NCBI RefSeq assembly: GCF_964204645.1
Contig: NC_134032.1
Coordinates: forward strand, 2,814,175 to 2,878,174
Direction: 5' to 3'
DNA from: Tubulanus polymorphus
Taxonomy: Eukaryota > Animalia > Nemertea
DNA length: 64,000 nt
Below the pieces are notes generated by a model that saw nothing but the letters and a program-made list of their open reading frames with translations, was not told where the DNA came from and did not search any database. The position numbers and the translations under genes were made by a program. Positions 33,001-46,349 of this stretch are shown one piece after another (the stretch's first letter is position 1; every line of letters begins with the position of its first letter).

Positions 33001-36000
33001 TGCCTGATTTTCGAAGTTTAAATTTACCCACTCCTCCATATACAGCGAAATTATACATGGGCATTAACGATCATCCCGATGTAGTGAAGATCCTCATTAC
33101 GCTCATCCTTGAGTTAAACGTTTGACTCCCCTTACGAAAATATTACTCGTGAAATTTTTTTTACATGTGTGATAATTCATTTCTCATGATGTGAAATGGG
33201 CAGTAATGGGAAGTAATGGGCGTAAATGTGACAATTCACATGTGAAAAATATAGAAAATTACACGTGTAAATTTAATAATCCAAAATATTTCATTATACA
33301 ATCACGAAATCTCCGAATACCATCGATCGAATATCACAATCCTAAACTCCTTTGCCACATCTTGTCGAAATCCTGCAATACTATTTTTGCACAATAGAAA
33401 TACCCTAGTATTTTGTTTTAGTTTCTTAAATGATTTCCTCTGGTTAGAGATCCGTTAGTAGGAATAGAACACCATAAATAACTGCGTTTGCATCAAATTC
33501 ATTCTAAATAAGGTTATATTCATTCGTAAAAATTGTAACAAAAGACAAGTACAAAGTATGACAAGAATATATGAGATAATTTGATAATTTTTTTCCAAAT
33601 TTTTCAGACCGGTCATACTTGATTTTCTGCGCCATTTTTGCTGGGATTTCGGCAGGTGTTATATCTGGAAATATTTCCATCACATGGCCTGGGAGGAAAA
33701 AGTTAATAAAAGAAATAAATCCATGGGAGCTCATTATTTCATGAAAACTGACAATTTCTCAGACTGTAATGAAACTTACGAATAATGAGATTCACCCGCA
33801 CTTGATGAAGCGCTTTTGCTTCATCCCACAGCCTGTTACTGTTTTCATCGCCATCTCCTCAGAAGTAGTTAGAGCTGACATCAACGAAGACGTCAGTTTT
33901 CCGAAGGTTTTTGATGCCATCTATTTAGTATAGGATGACGTAGTTGGATCTAGCAGTGGATATGCTACCTGAAAGAGATTTGCATCAGTCATCAATCTAC
34001 TGTGTTGGAGACCTGCCGTATAATGACTGCGGTACTAGAACATTGTCCATAGAACATTAATCGTGAAAACCTGAAAAAATGAAGCCAAAAATTGAAGTAA
34101 CGACAAAGTAAAAAAGTACTTCCTACATCGAAAAATATTTGCGGTTGCGCCGGACCGGGCACGTTTTTTATGGCTGGCAGTAAATATTCTACAATATGGC
34201 TATCAGTGAATATCGAGAAGGAGTATGATGTCACTTTTGACTGCGTTTATTATTCTACAATGCACGCAAAAAGCCATATCTCTATCGTATTGTTTTGTCG
34301 TTAAAAGAACAATTGCTATGTTGTCCCTGTCCCATAAATTATGTGATTATTCAATGGTTTCTTGCAATTTAGAGAATTAACTAAGTAAATATTTACAGCT
34401 ATACGTGGTTGGGAGTCGCTGTCTTGGCAACTTGTGGATGTCGAACGAGAAGTCAGTCTCTGAGGGAGTCACAATATTGTGTCGTATTTTTACAGAAATA
34501 TAAAATAATACACAGGGATATAAAAATCACATATATCTACGCAGCTATTCGCCGTTAATGTCATTACTTCCTACAGACGCTTTTAATCGATCGTACATGT
34601 CCGAAATTTCTAGTGCCCTCTGAAATAGTCGATTGAGAGTATACAGAACTATCTGCATACTCGGCATCGTCGACGCGTTGTCGACGACAAATAGTTGCTA
34701 TTAAATCGTTTTTGAAAAGCCATGTATATTTCTTAGTAAACCTAATCCGTATTTTACGTTTTTTAACAAGATATTACTATCGCACCCATGGTCGACATTT
34801 GAAACCGACCACGAGGTCGTTGGCGGCGCAAAGTTCTGTATTGTGTCATCAAACACCTACCCACATGCGAACAAGTTGATGAAGTATGTATTAACCTCGA
34901 CTAGAACGTCGCACGCGAACGCTTAACATTTCGAGATGATTTATGCGGTGCTCAATACCTCGCAAGCAACAGCATCGGCGGCAGAAATTGATTTGTGTAA
35001 GTCGTTAGCTATAGCGGTTTTGACGCGGTCGTCGCAGTATATGTTCCCGTAGGCGAACAAGTAGATTATTACGTTGACCTGACACATATTCGTTTTACTA
35101 TTCATTTATCTTGAATAAATTTGCAGATTTTTATTCGGCGCCCGAATAACGAGATCTTCGCTCAGTTTTTTTTTTGTAAACGACTCACGTAATCTTATTG
35201 CATACTTGGCAACTAGTACTTTATCACCAGCGCGGTAGCGGAAAAATGCGTCGACCTTCTCTTTTCGACCACTGAAATCTTTTTCAGTAGCCAAGATTTT
35301 ATTTCTCCCGCTATATTGTACATCGGTATTGTTTCGCTTCAGGCAAAAATCTCGGCATCGAAAGGACACTTGCGCGTACTTTCAGGTGCCAGTTCCTTCC
35401 TCACACGGATTCGTCATCGTCATCGTCCTCGTCACTGCTCGCAGTGATTAATATCCAAACCGCTACCGAAAAATCGTTGTCATTTTCGGTGAGTAGTGTC
35501 CGGGCGGATCACGCAAGTAGTCGTTTTCGGTACGCTGATTCATCAAGTTTTTCGTATATGGAGGCGATGCCCCATGAATGCATTTCAATTGAATTCATGA
35601 CTTCGTCGAATTTTGATTCCATAGAATTTTGCAGATAATTGATTGCCTCAACCAGCTGTTGATTTATTTAACCGTTTATGGAGGGAAGGTCCCGAATATC
35701 GTTTTCTAAAGCCAAATAATCACCCTCTGGAATTTCATGCACATTTAAAGTACCTCCGTCCATTGAAGGAACGGTCGGTATCACTAGCTGTCTGCAATTG
35801 GACTTTGTTGCTGATGTGCGGTGGGCGTTTGAAAAGTGATATCGTTCCCTTAAGGCCGCACTGGCGTTTGGTTTGCCTGCAAAGGATCAACTTCTTTGGC
35901 TGAACGAGACACAACTTTACGAGATGGCATTTGAAATTCCGATCTCGTTTTAGGGATTGCGCCGGCAGTTTTTTTGTGACACTGATACATTGTAGGTTTT

Positions 36001-36355
36001 GCATCCATAGTAAAGAGTAGTGAACGGTGTGAAAGAAAGATCGAAGAAGCTTGAATAGCACCAAAAATTGATAAAACAACGTTTAACAGCACAGGGCTGA
36101 GTCAACTAAAAAAAACCCATGAATAGAAAAAGATAATTATACCAGAAAACTGTTGAATCTCGCGGCAGGGTTCTCCACCATTATAAGACTTTGATACATA
36201 CGAATATGTAACTATAATCCAATATTATCCAGCGAGAGACAGCGATCGGTATAAATATATACAAGTTTATTCTACGAGTGTTGGTTAGTAAATTGACAAA
36301 GTTGTAAAGAATGTTAGTATCTTATACATAACTGTTACTATTTACAATAACTACT

Positions 36356-36800
36356 CTAACGACGTATAAAATTATATTCAGTAGACTGCCTATAATGACG
36401 CTGAATCTTCTCAGCCATTGTACGCAACATATTTCTGATTTCGTGGCCTCGTTCTTGAGTTTGGTTCGGATTGGAATGATACGTGTGAAACATCGTGTGA
36501 TACAAGAGCATGAACCGATTCGCAGCATAACGTCCCGAAAAAAAACGAACAGAGTTAGTCTACTAAGGACTCCAGTACATTTGTACCGTGGGCAGATGCA
36601 CGACACCCATCTGTAATAATAATCCGAGGAATGTCCGGAATTCCGTTGCATCGATATCGCGCCACTGACGGATACGTGAATTCGACTTCAAGTTTCCTGC
36701 GGCGATCTTTTCGCTCGCGTATCGATTTATCTCCGTCACGATATTTTCTACGACTTCATTGGTAAGAAATAAGCTAAAATATGCTATTGGATTGCCGAAG
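36356..36800 (-). pseudogene. piggyBac transposase N-terminal fragment (not in ORF track)
   Basis: PIAYFSLFLTNEVVENIVTEINRYA...SRIRQWRDIDATEFRTFLGLLLQMGVVHLPTVQMYWS...NRFMLL; ends before the catalytic DDD. Confidence 0.75.
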
Positions 36801-36888
36801 TGAAAAAAACGTCAAATATATAAAATAATAATAAACGCGTATATAGATATTCTTGCATTTATTCGGGCGGTAATATTGAAATACGTGG

Positions 36889-39610
36889 TTAATACCTGTA
36901 CGGTATAGTTCTATGTTTGTCGAAGAACGCTCTTTTAGGGTAAACGATTCGATACCGTTTCTTTTCTACAGCCGACTTAAGTACATTTCTTTACATACAG
37001 TTTCTAGTATCTCGTTGGATAGCCGAAGGGTTGATCACGGTTATAGGATCGTCATCGTTGTTTCTTCCGGACACGACGATGTCGCGCATAGATTCGAAAT
37101 TCACCAATTGCGAATTCCTGAAGTTTAAACATATACCTTTAACTTTACAAACGGTCTTCTCTGAGTTGTATTTGGTCGAATTTACTTTATACGCGTAATT
37201 CTTCGCTCCTCGCGACACGAATTCCGTGATGTAAGATCCTACACCGTAATCGCCCTCTAATTCGTCGGTCATGTCGCCTAGAAAAATACCGGTCGGCGGG
37301 TCGTACATACCCGGTTTGGCGATATAGATAACCGAGTCGGTGTCCATGTAAAGAACGCGACTATCCAACGGTTCGATGTAAGAATACAGCTTCAGGCGAG
37401 CGTGAGCGGTAGTGAATGCGGCCAACACTACGTTCGATTTAGAGTCTGGGGTTACGATTCGTTCGTGTTTTTGAACTGCAACTTCTTCAACAGTTCTTCA
37501 TTAAGGATAATAACATCGGATACTTCGACGTCGTCCGATAAAAGCATGTCGTTGAGTTCGAACGGTTCCGACACGAACCTCGCTTGGGTCTTAGTAGGTT
37601 TGATACCCAACCGACCCCACATCGAGTTCAAACATAACTTACTGACGGCTCGCAGTCCTTGGTTGAATCGGACTTTTTCCGGATCAATTTCGACGCCCTC
37701 CCGATCTCTGTAAGCCCGCACGAATCGCTGTTTCTCGGTATCGGTTCTAACATTTTCCGGCCAGCCGCTCGCCTCGACTTTAATTTTTAAAAATCTATCG
37801 ATGTATTGGGCAAACAGACCGGTCTCTTTCTCTTCCCAATGCCACATTTAGTTGACTCGGACGATTCGATAACCCCGTCTAATCGCCGCCATCAATTCGA
37901 CGGTTACCCAAGTACCGGTGATACACCGTTCTTCGCCCGGGTGCCGACATCGTTCGTGCTGCTGCATCGTTCGACACAACGGGAACGTCAGCTTAGAATC
38001 CGGTGAACGATACGGCAACACCGGCAAAATCAATTCTCTTGGCGGAAGAACGATGCATTTAACGATACCGTAATGTTCGGATATGGGTATAAAGTTCTCC
38101 GTTACGATGATCGGATGCCCGATAGGATAGCTACAATGTTTATTTACGAACGGGTACAGAGAACAAATGTCTATATATTTAATACGACAACGTGATGAAG
38201 CTTAATAGCGTTGGTACAACCCCCGAAAAATGCATCTCCAGGGTCGATACCGTCTACGATGTCGGTATTACCGACGACAAACTCTCTTAACCCGACGTCG
38301 TTGACCAGCATTTCGTTGTACGCGAGCTCCCATAACGTAACGACCGTGTACCCTCGCGATCGGAGATTTTTGTTTCGCGGGTTGATAAAGGTCTTCTATG
38401 GTTCGACCGCAAACCGGGTTAACGGTTCCACGGTTATAACAACGAACGCATCCGTGGTAGAAACAGCCGTTGAATTCGTAGACCGTCGCATCGGTACGGC
38501 CCTATGCGTACCTCGCCGCCGTTCAAGGCGTGGTCTAATCGAACGTTCTCCGTTTCGGCGACGAATTTCAACCAACGGGCGGCCATCCACGTGTTATCCC
38601 CGCACCGGTATCCGCCGATGGGGATCAGACCTATTTTATTCGGTTGCAGGAATGATCGCCGTAATGCCTTGGTGCACGTGGATGCGATCGTCGCGTAGTT
38701 TTCGTAGGGCTCGACGTTGGTAATCGAAAAAAACAGTTCTTGAAATTCGAAGACCGACCTATGCAGAATATCGACGTCTGATCGACAGTACTCGTCGAGT
38801 TCCGTCGCCATGTGGAAACGTTTCCCCGCATTTTCTATATACCAGGCCGTAAAGTTCTGTCTTTCTTTTACGTCCATACCGTCCGGGTTATAAAACCACG
38901 CGTCCCGTAACGGTCCGTCGTAGTTCATGTTTTCGGGTCTACAAAAAAACGTAAGGGAAGTTGCCTTTTTTTCAATTCGTCGAAGCCGAGCGTCTTCGGT
39001 AATTAAGACAATTTCATCGGTAAGAAACTGATTGAGTCCAAAAATGTCATTTCGAGATGTTCGACTCTGATCGAAAGAATCTTACCACCGACCGGTATAA
39101 TCAACAGGATTATTCCGTTCTTGATCAGGTATGTGAATACAAAAATACCATCGAACGCCTTGAAGTTTTGGGCGAATACGGTCGCCCCGCGATGAGTGTC
39201 AGTAAAAACCCATCGGCAAAACTCGTCCAGCGTTTTGCATCTGAACATATTTCGCCCACCGCATTCGATAAAATATCGGTGATACGATCGTGTTTGCATT
39301 TGTAGCAAAAACGATACGCCACGCAGTCTGCTACGGTGTGTATACGGACGACGAGAAGTCCGTCTCAAAATCGAAAACTATCGTTTTCTTGGTAACGTCG
39401 AATTGTTCTTTTTCGATTTAAAATGGGTTGCGAGACCCGCCGATTTATTATCATTCGTCGCCGTGCGATCAACGGAGCCTGTCTTGATATAACATTCGTG
39501 GTTGATCGGTTTATAATCTTTACACGGTTTACAATATCTTTCACCGCAGTGATGAGCGTTTATTTTCTTTCGATCGGCGATCTTCGAACACGAGTTAACC
39601 GTTGTTTGGC
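36889..39610 (-). pseudogene. Protein-primed family B DNA polymerase of a Maverick/Polinton, frameshifted
   Basis: HCGERYCKPC...HECY, FDFET (ExoI), QNFKAFDG, FLDSISFLPMKLS, YCRSDVDIL (ExoIII), DICSLYP, KLCLNSMWG, YMDTDS, GAKNYAY, KVKGI. Confidence 0.93.
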
Positions 39611-39639
39611 TCTAATCAATGCTTAAATAGTCACTACTT

Positions 39640-40210
39640 ACATAATGTTTATTTATTTCGTCAAAACGTTTACACTTGTATAACAATGATAATAAACTGA
39701 ACAAAATTACAAATACAGATGGGGTTACGTTTTCACCATACAATATCTTAATTGATATAGATAAGTAATTAGTGTCACTTAGGAAAGATCTTCTGTGTCT
39801 GAACATCCCTTACAAATATTTTCCAATATTAGTTAATCTGCCGATTGACTGCGAGCACAGAAGCTCTACAATTTTGAAGATATTTGGATTACGAGTATAG
39901 TATCTTGGTAAAAAGTTTCTTCTAAGTGAAATATACGCCTGGCAGGAATGGTGAACATGAAACTCGTCTTCTACAGCACTACGACATAATGCACAGATAC
40001 GGTTTTCTCTAGAAGTTACCAGTCTGGTCCATCTGCCGCTTTCATTTGCCAAATTATGGCGACTACATCGAAATTTTGAAATAATATGTACAATATTTGT
40101 ATCGTTAGTATCAAGATATTGTTCGTACTCAAAGTTGTTTTTGAATTCTCTGTACAATGAACATTTTTGGCTATTGTTAAGCGCCTCAGACCACGAGTGA
40201 ATATAAACGC
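39640..40210 (-). mobile_element. 3' fragment of a non-LTR retrotransposon (LINE ORF2 C-terminus)
   Basis: ISKFRCSRHNLANESGRW...RICALCRSAVEDEFH...C zinc motif; AATAAA near the 3' end; truncates the pPolB 5' region. Confidence 0.8.
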
Positions 40211-40479
40211 AGTCTCAAATGTTTTGTGACTTTCTCAAAATGTATCAAAAATTTAAGTAATTTTAAGTTCATTAGTCTTCAAATATTCATAAATGAACAG
40301 TTAAAAATTGTTGAAACATGTCGACTCAGCCGTAAAATCAACCCATTCACAGTCCCGAATGTGGGATAATGTCGGGCTTTAGAGAACATAATGCCCCCGA
40401 GGTCTTCACATTTACAGATAAGATTATGTAAGCGTGTCGCGCGTTACACCGGATAGGCACACAATAGAAATATGAGCCG

Positions 40480-40748
40480 CGGGAGGAATATTCCTCCCAA
40501 AGTCAATCGATGGAAACTTGACCAAGGGGTCTGATATTCAAACAATTGACTTTGGGAGGAATATTCCTCCCAAGGTCAAACTAAGAGAATTTGACCTTCA
40601 GTTCTGATATTCAAAGTATCGACTTCGGGAGGAATATTCCTCCGACTGTCAAACGAAGGAAAATGGACCTAGGTCTGATATTCGAAATATTGACTTTGGG
40701 ATGAATATTCGTTCAAACCTCTAACGCTAAAAACCTGAGCTTTTAGAA
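40480..40748 (-). repeat. Palindromic-core interspersed repeat, copy 2
   Basis: Three GGGAGGAATATTCCTCC palindromes; reverse complement of 20265-20530. Confidence 0.8.
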
Positions 40749-42149
40749 TGATAGGTCTACATAAATGATATTGATGTAATTGTTTTTAATAAATAGTATA
40801 CTATAGCGACGAAACCAGACATATTTAGGCAATTTGATTGTTAATATACACTGTATTTGAGGGTCTGCGACAAATAATTTTAGAAAGTTAAATAGCTGTA
40901 GTACAGGTTCTAATAATGAGCCTAATATAGTCTTCACATCGCAATCAGTTATTAGAATGCATCTTCCTTTTTCTTGTTTTGATCTGAGACGACTAGTTAA
41001 ATTTTTTTCTTGATTGATTCACGCTGGGAGGTCTACATCAAATTATATTGTTGATCAAATCAATTATGTTTCAACTGCGAATTCACATTTGATATTGATA
41101 TTAATAATCAATATTACTCATCATTATATAGCGCACTGCTGCAAATTGTAACCAGTGTGCTTTTCATGGGTATAAAATTAACACAAGTTGAAGAAATCGA
41201 ATTTGAAATACGTGGATAATAAAAAATAAGTTGAAGGTAGGGTGGAGAAATCTGACGAAAAGAAACAACAAGCGCCAAATTGACCCATGCCTAATTGCCC
41301 GACCAAAAAGTCTGACCAGATCTGAGTCAAATTAAGCCGAGTCAAATTAGAGCGTGTTAATTTAAACTGGTTCTGGAAGTCAGTCACTTCGCTTTGCTTA
41401 AGTATGGACTCGTTTTAGTGTATCTTCAAGCATTGTTTAGTATCGAATGAATGGGTTTGCATTTGAATGTGAAATAAATTTGAACATGAAAATCAGCGCG
41501 CTCTTTGGTAAGCCATGAAAACAATTAAAGTCGGACCCTGATTCGAGCCAATTTGTTTGCAAATTAGCCATTGTCCTAGTTTTAACTTCTGATTTGTACC
41601 CTGTATAGGCCGGTTTATATTTCTGTTTGTACTCTTTCATAGAAATTCGACAGATATCAAATGGCATCTTTGATTACAGACACTGTTGACCGGTACACAC
41701 CAATATGTCCATCCATCCGACATACGAGCAATTATCTCATTAATGAGATAATTGCTCGTAGATCCGACAGCTACGTTTTACAACTAGAAGTGCATAAAAT
41801 CAGATTCCTAATGATATTACATGTATTACTATTAAGAATAAGCTATTAATTATGAAAAAATTCAAAAAGAATTGAGAAAATATCTTGCTTTGAATGGCTT
41901 TTAATTAATTATTGGAAAGAGCGATTTTGAAGGGGGAATTTTATCTGCGGTGTCACTGCTAATCGAGTAATCAAGAAGCACAAACCCCCTAAGGTGATAA
42001 AGTGTTTTAAGCAGATCTTTTCCGATTGTGATCCCAATATATGAATTGCACATGGAACTATTATGTATAAACACCTCTCACAATTTACGTAATGACTGAG
42101 TGGCGTCCTGTTGCACAAGCTATATTACACCATGAAAAGCCTTTTATTA

Positions 42150-42935
42150 TGGTGGCTGATAAGGGCCATAGCGTAAAATTCCTGGTATGTAAATGAGGGC
42201 GCCAGAACGCCAGAACGCCAAAACGAAAAAAAACGTCCAATTTTCTCTTAAAGTTCGTTTTGGCGCGCCAAAACAAAGAAAATTCCGTTTTGGCGCCCCC
42301 GCCAAAACGAACTTTCATTTTGGCGCCCCCGCCAAAACAACGAAAAACGTCGAAATTTCTCTAAAAGTTCGTTTTGGCGCGCCAAGACGGAGAATATTCC
42401 GTTTTGGCGCCCCCGCCAAAACGAACTTTCATTTTGGCGCCCCCGCCAAAACGAACTTTCGTTTTGGCGCCCCCGCCAAAACAACGAAAAACGTCGAAAT
42501 TTCTCTAAAAGTTCGTTTTGGCGCGCCAAAACAAAGAAAATTCCGTTTTGGCGCCCCCGCCAAAACGAACTTTCATTTTGGCGCCCCGCCAAAACAACGA
42601 AAAACGTCGAAATTTCTCTAAAAGTTCGTTTCGGCGCGCCAAAACAAAGAAAATTCCGTTTTGGCGCCCCCGCCAAAACGAACTTTCATTTTGGCGCCCC
42701 CGCCAAAACGAACTTTCGTTTTGGCGCCCCCGCCAAACAGCGAAAAACGTCGAACTTTCTTTGAAAATCCGATTCGTCTCCCTTCGATTTTGTTAGGAGT
42801 CGGATCTATATGGTGACTGATAAGGGCCATAGCGTAAAATTCCTGGTATGTAAATGAGGGCGCCAGAACGCCAGAACGCCAAAACAACGAAAAACGTCCA
42901 ATTTTCTCTGAAAGTTCGTTTTGGCGCCCCCTGGC
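42150..42935. repeat. Satellite/MITE-like array of ~30-bp TTTTGGCGCCCCCGCCAAAAC units with a duplicated head
   Basis: Head ggtgrctgataagggccatagcgtaaaattcctgg at ~42151 and ~42812. Confidence 0.92.
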
Positions 42936-44035
42936 GTTATATATATATATACCGCAGGTCACTTAATCTTAAGCTTGATTGTGAGAGTTGTTTAAACATA
43001 ATGGTCACATGAGTAATTATTGGTTGTGCGACAATGGGAGAAATCTGCCTTAGACATCTCATCCCGATATCCAGAGTGCTGGGCTTAGTAACTTATGTTT
43101 AGAATAAATTTTATCCGATATTTTTATAACAATGTTTTTCTCTCTCTCTCTCTCTCTCCGTAAATTCCGGACGTTTTCTGGGTACTAACGTTCAGTGGCC
43201 AGTAGGCTGGATTGTATTTTCTCTTATTTTATAAATCACAATGCATATAAACTAAAACTGAACTGAATTGAAACTGAGTTCGGTTAGCAGTATAAACCTC
43301 CTAATTAACTTTCGGAATTATATATAAACGAGTGAAGAGTGAAACATCAACCCTTATACCGAATACACTTGTATAAATGAGAAAATGCACACTGGGACAA
43401 TGGCTAATTTGCGACCTTAAAATGAAAGAAAGACTCGAATTTCTTTTATCACACGCGACACGCGAATCTCCTAATTACTCTAATAATGAGCGAAAACTTC
43501 AGACGAATTAAATGTATCAGCTTTATAATTGAATGATGATTATGTACGCGTAACTTCAATGATTTGTATCGATCGGTAAATGAAATTTCCATTTAAAGAA
43601 TGCATTAATCAAATTACGTCCATTGAAAATGAAATTAGCTAAACTCGAGCCATATTACTATTTAGATTTATCGCAGTTGTCTTGTGAAAATTCATAACCA
43701 ATCTTTATATAGTCCCCTGTAAAATCTAAACTCAATTTCTATATTATACACGTGATTTAATAACGATTTCTCAACTTCGTGTTTATTCTATAATGAGAAG
43801 CGCACTGATAAAATCTGATTTCAACAGATTGTCGAAAAAGTTACAGCAATTTACTGTTAGAGAAAGAAAATACTAAATCTATTAAGTTTTCTAAAATTAT
43901 ATGTAAGCGTCATACCATCTCATGCTCTAGGATATTGTGTATCGTAACATTTGAAATTCCTAAATCTACCTGGCTTCATTGGGTACTGTTTTTTAAAAAG
44001 AAAAACAAATAACACCCAACGCATCAATACCTATA

Positions 44036-44245
44036 ATTCTAAAAGTTCAGGTTATAACGTTTAGAATATTCCTCCCTAAGTCAATACTTTGAATATAAGA
44101 CCAGAAGGTAAAATTCTCTTCGTTGGACTTTTGGAGGAATCGTTTGAATATCGGACCCCGAGTTTCGAATATGGTCGAGTTTCGATCGATTGACATTGGG
44201 AGGAATGTTCCTTCCGAAGACGATACTTTGAATATCAGAACTAAC
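44036..44245 (+). repeat. Palindromic-core interspersed repeat, copy 3 (diverged)
   Basis: ttctaaaagttcagg start; gaatattcctccc and tttgaatatcaga subunits. Confidence 0.65.
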
Positions 44246-44334
44246 CTCGTCCGAAAAAATAATGTAAAATCCGAAAAGATACATTTTTTGATTCTGTTTT
44301 GATGATTTTTTTTCGTGAAAAATCATCTTCTTTG

Positions 44335-45280
44335 AGGCTGTTTTGAAGCGAAGGCGTCCCTCAAAAAGGTGTAAAATCAAATTTTTTGGCACTTAAACAG
44401 GGGCGTCTCTAAAAAAAGTGTAAGCTGTTTTGGCACTTAAACGAGGGGCGTCCCTCAAAAAAGTGTGAAATCTCTGTTTTGGCACTAAAACGAGGGGCGT
44501 CCCTCAAAAAAGTGGGAAATCACGGTTTTGGCACTAAAACGAGGACCGTCCCTCAAAAAGTGGGAAATTACGGCTTTGGCACTAAAACGAGGGGCGTCCC
44601 TCAAAAAAGTGGGAAATCGCGGTTTTAACACTAAAACGAGGAGCGTCCCTCAAAAAGTGGGAAATTACGGCTTTGGCACTAAAACGAGGATCGTCCCTAA
44701 AAAAAGTGGGAAATCACGGTTTTGGCACTAAAACGAGGGGCGTCCCTCAAAAAAGTGGGAAATCACGGTTTTAACACTAAAACGAGGAGCGTCCCTCAAA
44801 AAGTGGGAAATTACGGCTTTGGCACTAAAACGAGGATCGTCCCTAAAAAAAGTGGGAAATCACGGTTTTGGCACTAAAACGAGGGGCGTCCCTCAAAAAA
44901 GTGGAAAATCACGGTTTTAACACTAAAACGAGGACCGTCCCTCAAAAAGTGGGAAATTACGGCTTTGGCACTAAAACGAGGAGCGTCCCTCAAAAAGTGG
45001 AAAACTACAGCTTTGGCACTAAAACGAGGGGCGTCCCTCAAAAAAGTGCGAAATCACGGTTTTGGCACTAAAACGAGGAACGTCCCTCAAAAAGTGGGAA
45101 ATCACGGTTTTGGCACTAAAACGAGGAGCGTCCCTCAAAAAAGTGTGAAATGACTGTTATTGCACTAAAACAAGGGGCGTCCCTCCAAAAAGTGGGAAAT
45201 CACTGTTATTGCACTAAAACGAGGGCCGTCCCTCAAAAAAGTGTGAAATCGTTGTTTTGGCACTAAAACTAGGGGCACCC
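44335..45280. repeat. 48-49-bp minisatellite, ~19 copies
   Basis: ggcactaaaacgaggggcgtccctcaaaaaagtgggaaatcacggtttt repeated head to tail. Confidence 0.95.
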
Positions 45281-46349
45281 AAGCGTGAAATCGCAATTTT
45301 GGCGGTGAATCGATAAGCTCCTTGAATAAGCGTTAATCCCAATCTTGATGGTGAAAAGAGAGTGCCTCTTGAAGAAATCCGTTTTGACGATAAGATGAGG
45401 AATGTCACTGCAATATGTGCGAAATCGCATATGTTCAAATATCAATGATAATTTGAGAGTATTCAACGTGTATCAAAAATGTATTTATTGACCATTAGAA
45501 ATTTCTATCAATTTAATAAGCACAAATGATTGATTAATTTTACATAATTCTTGATATTCATAATATTTATTGATGAACACATGACTTTTAAACACGCGTT
45601 GTATCTAACAACGCTGAATATTTCCAACGAAAGTGGTTATCGTAATAAGTCTTTATTTCATAAAATATGTACACACCAGGTGTAAAAAGATCATACAAAA
45701 TTAACAACAAGTTCATATACATGGAAAAGTGTCACCGTATATATAATCTGAATGCATTATGATTATGGCATAGATTAGAAAAATACTCTCACTCTCATTG
45801 GCTTTATTAACAGATACAATAGTATATAACAACTGCATAATGCTGGACAGAATAAAAGACATGTACATACGGGATCAAATTAACGTGTACAAAATATAGA
45901 AATTGACTCAACTATACATAAAACATTGCAACTGTGCAATTTATCGTGGTTACAAAATATGTTTTCAGTTTCCTATACACGGAATTATTGAAATGTTGTG
46001 TTAATTTGATTTACTCATCCAAGTTATACAAACGGGTCTCACATTATTCAACAAAATAATTATAAGAAGGCCGTCTACTAATGACGGCGGAATGAGAGAA
46101 ATGATAAATGTTATAAAACATGATGCAGGCATTAAACATGATGATTTTTTGCGGATGATTATGGTTCGATAGAAAATAGCGGATTCACCGTGTATCCATC
46201 AAATTCGAACGCAGCTTATTAAGGGGAGAATTAAGTACGTAACTAAAATCTAGCAAGTTTCTACTTATTTTACTTGAATGGAGGTAAAACTGGTAGTTCT
46301 CTGAAGATTTACTTTATTTAGATGAAGCTTCCACCAATATCATTTTTTT

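Noticed and set aside
32078-36092. Decayed coding-like stretches between the duplication and the piggyBac fragment
   Set aside because: Possibly Maverick accessory or other mobile-element genes, but no motif could be recognised to support a call.
42150-45280. CRISPR-like arrays and the long ORFs over them
   Set aside because: The units are contiguous tandem repeats without unique spacers, there are no cas genes and the context is eukaryotic. The ORFs are translations of the repeats.
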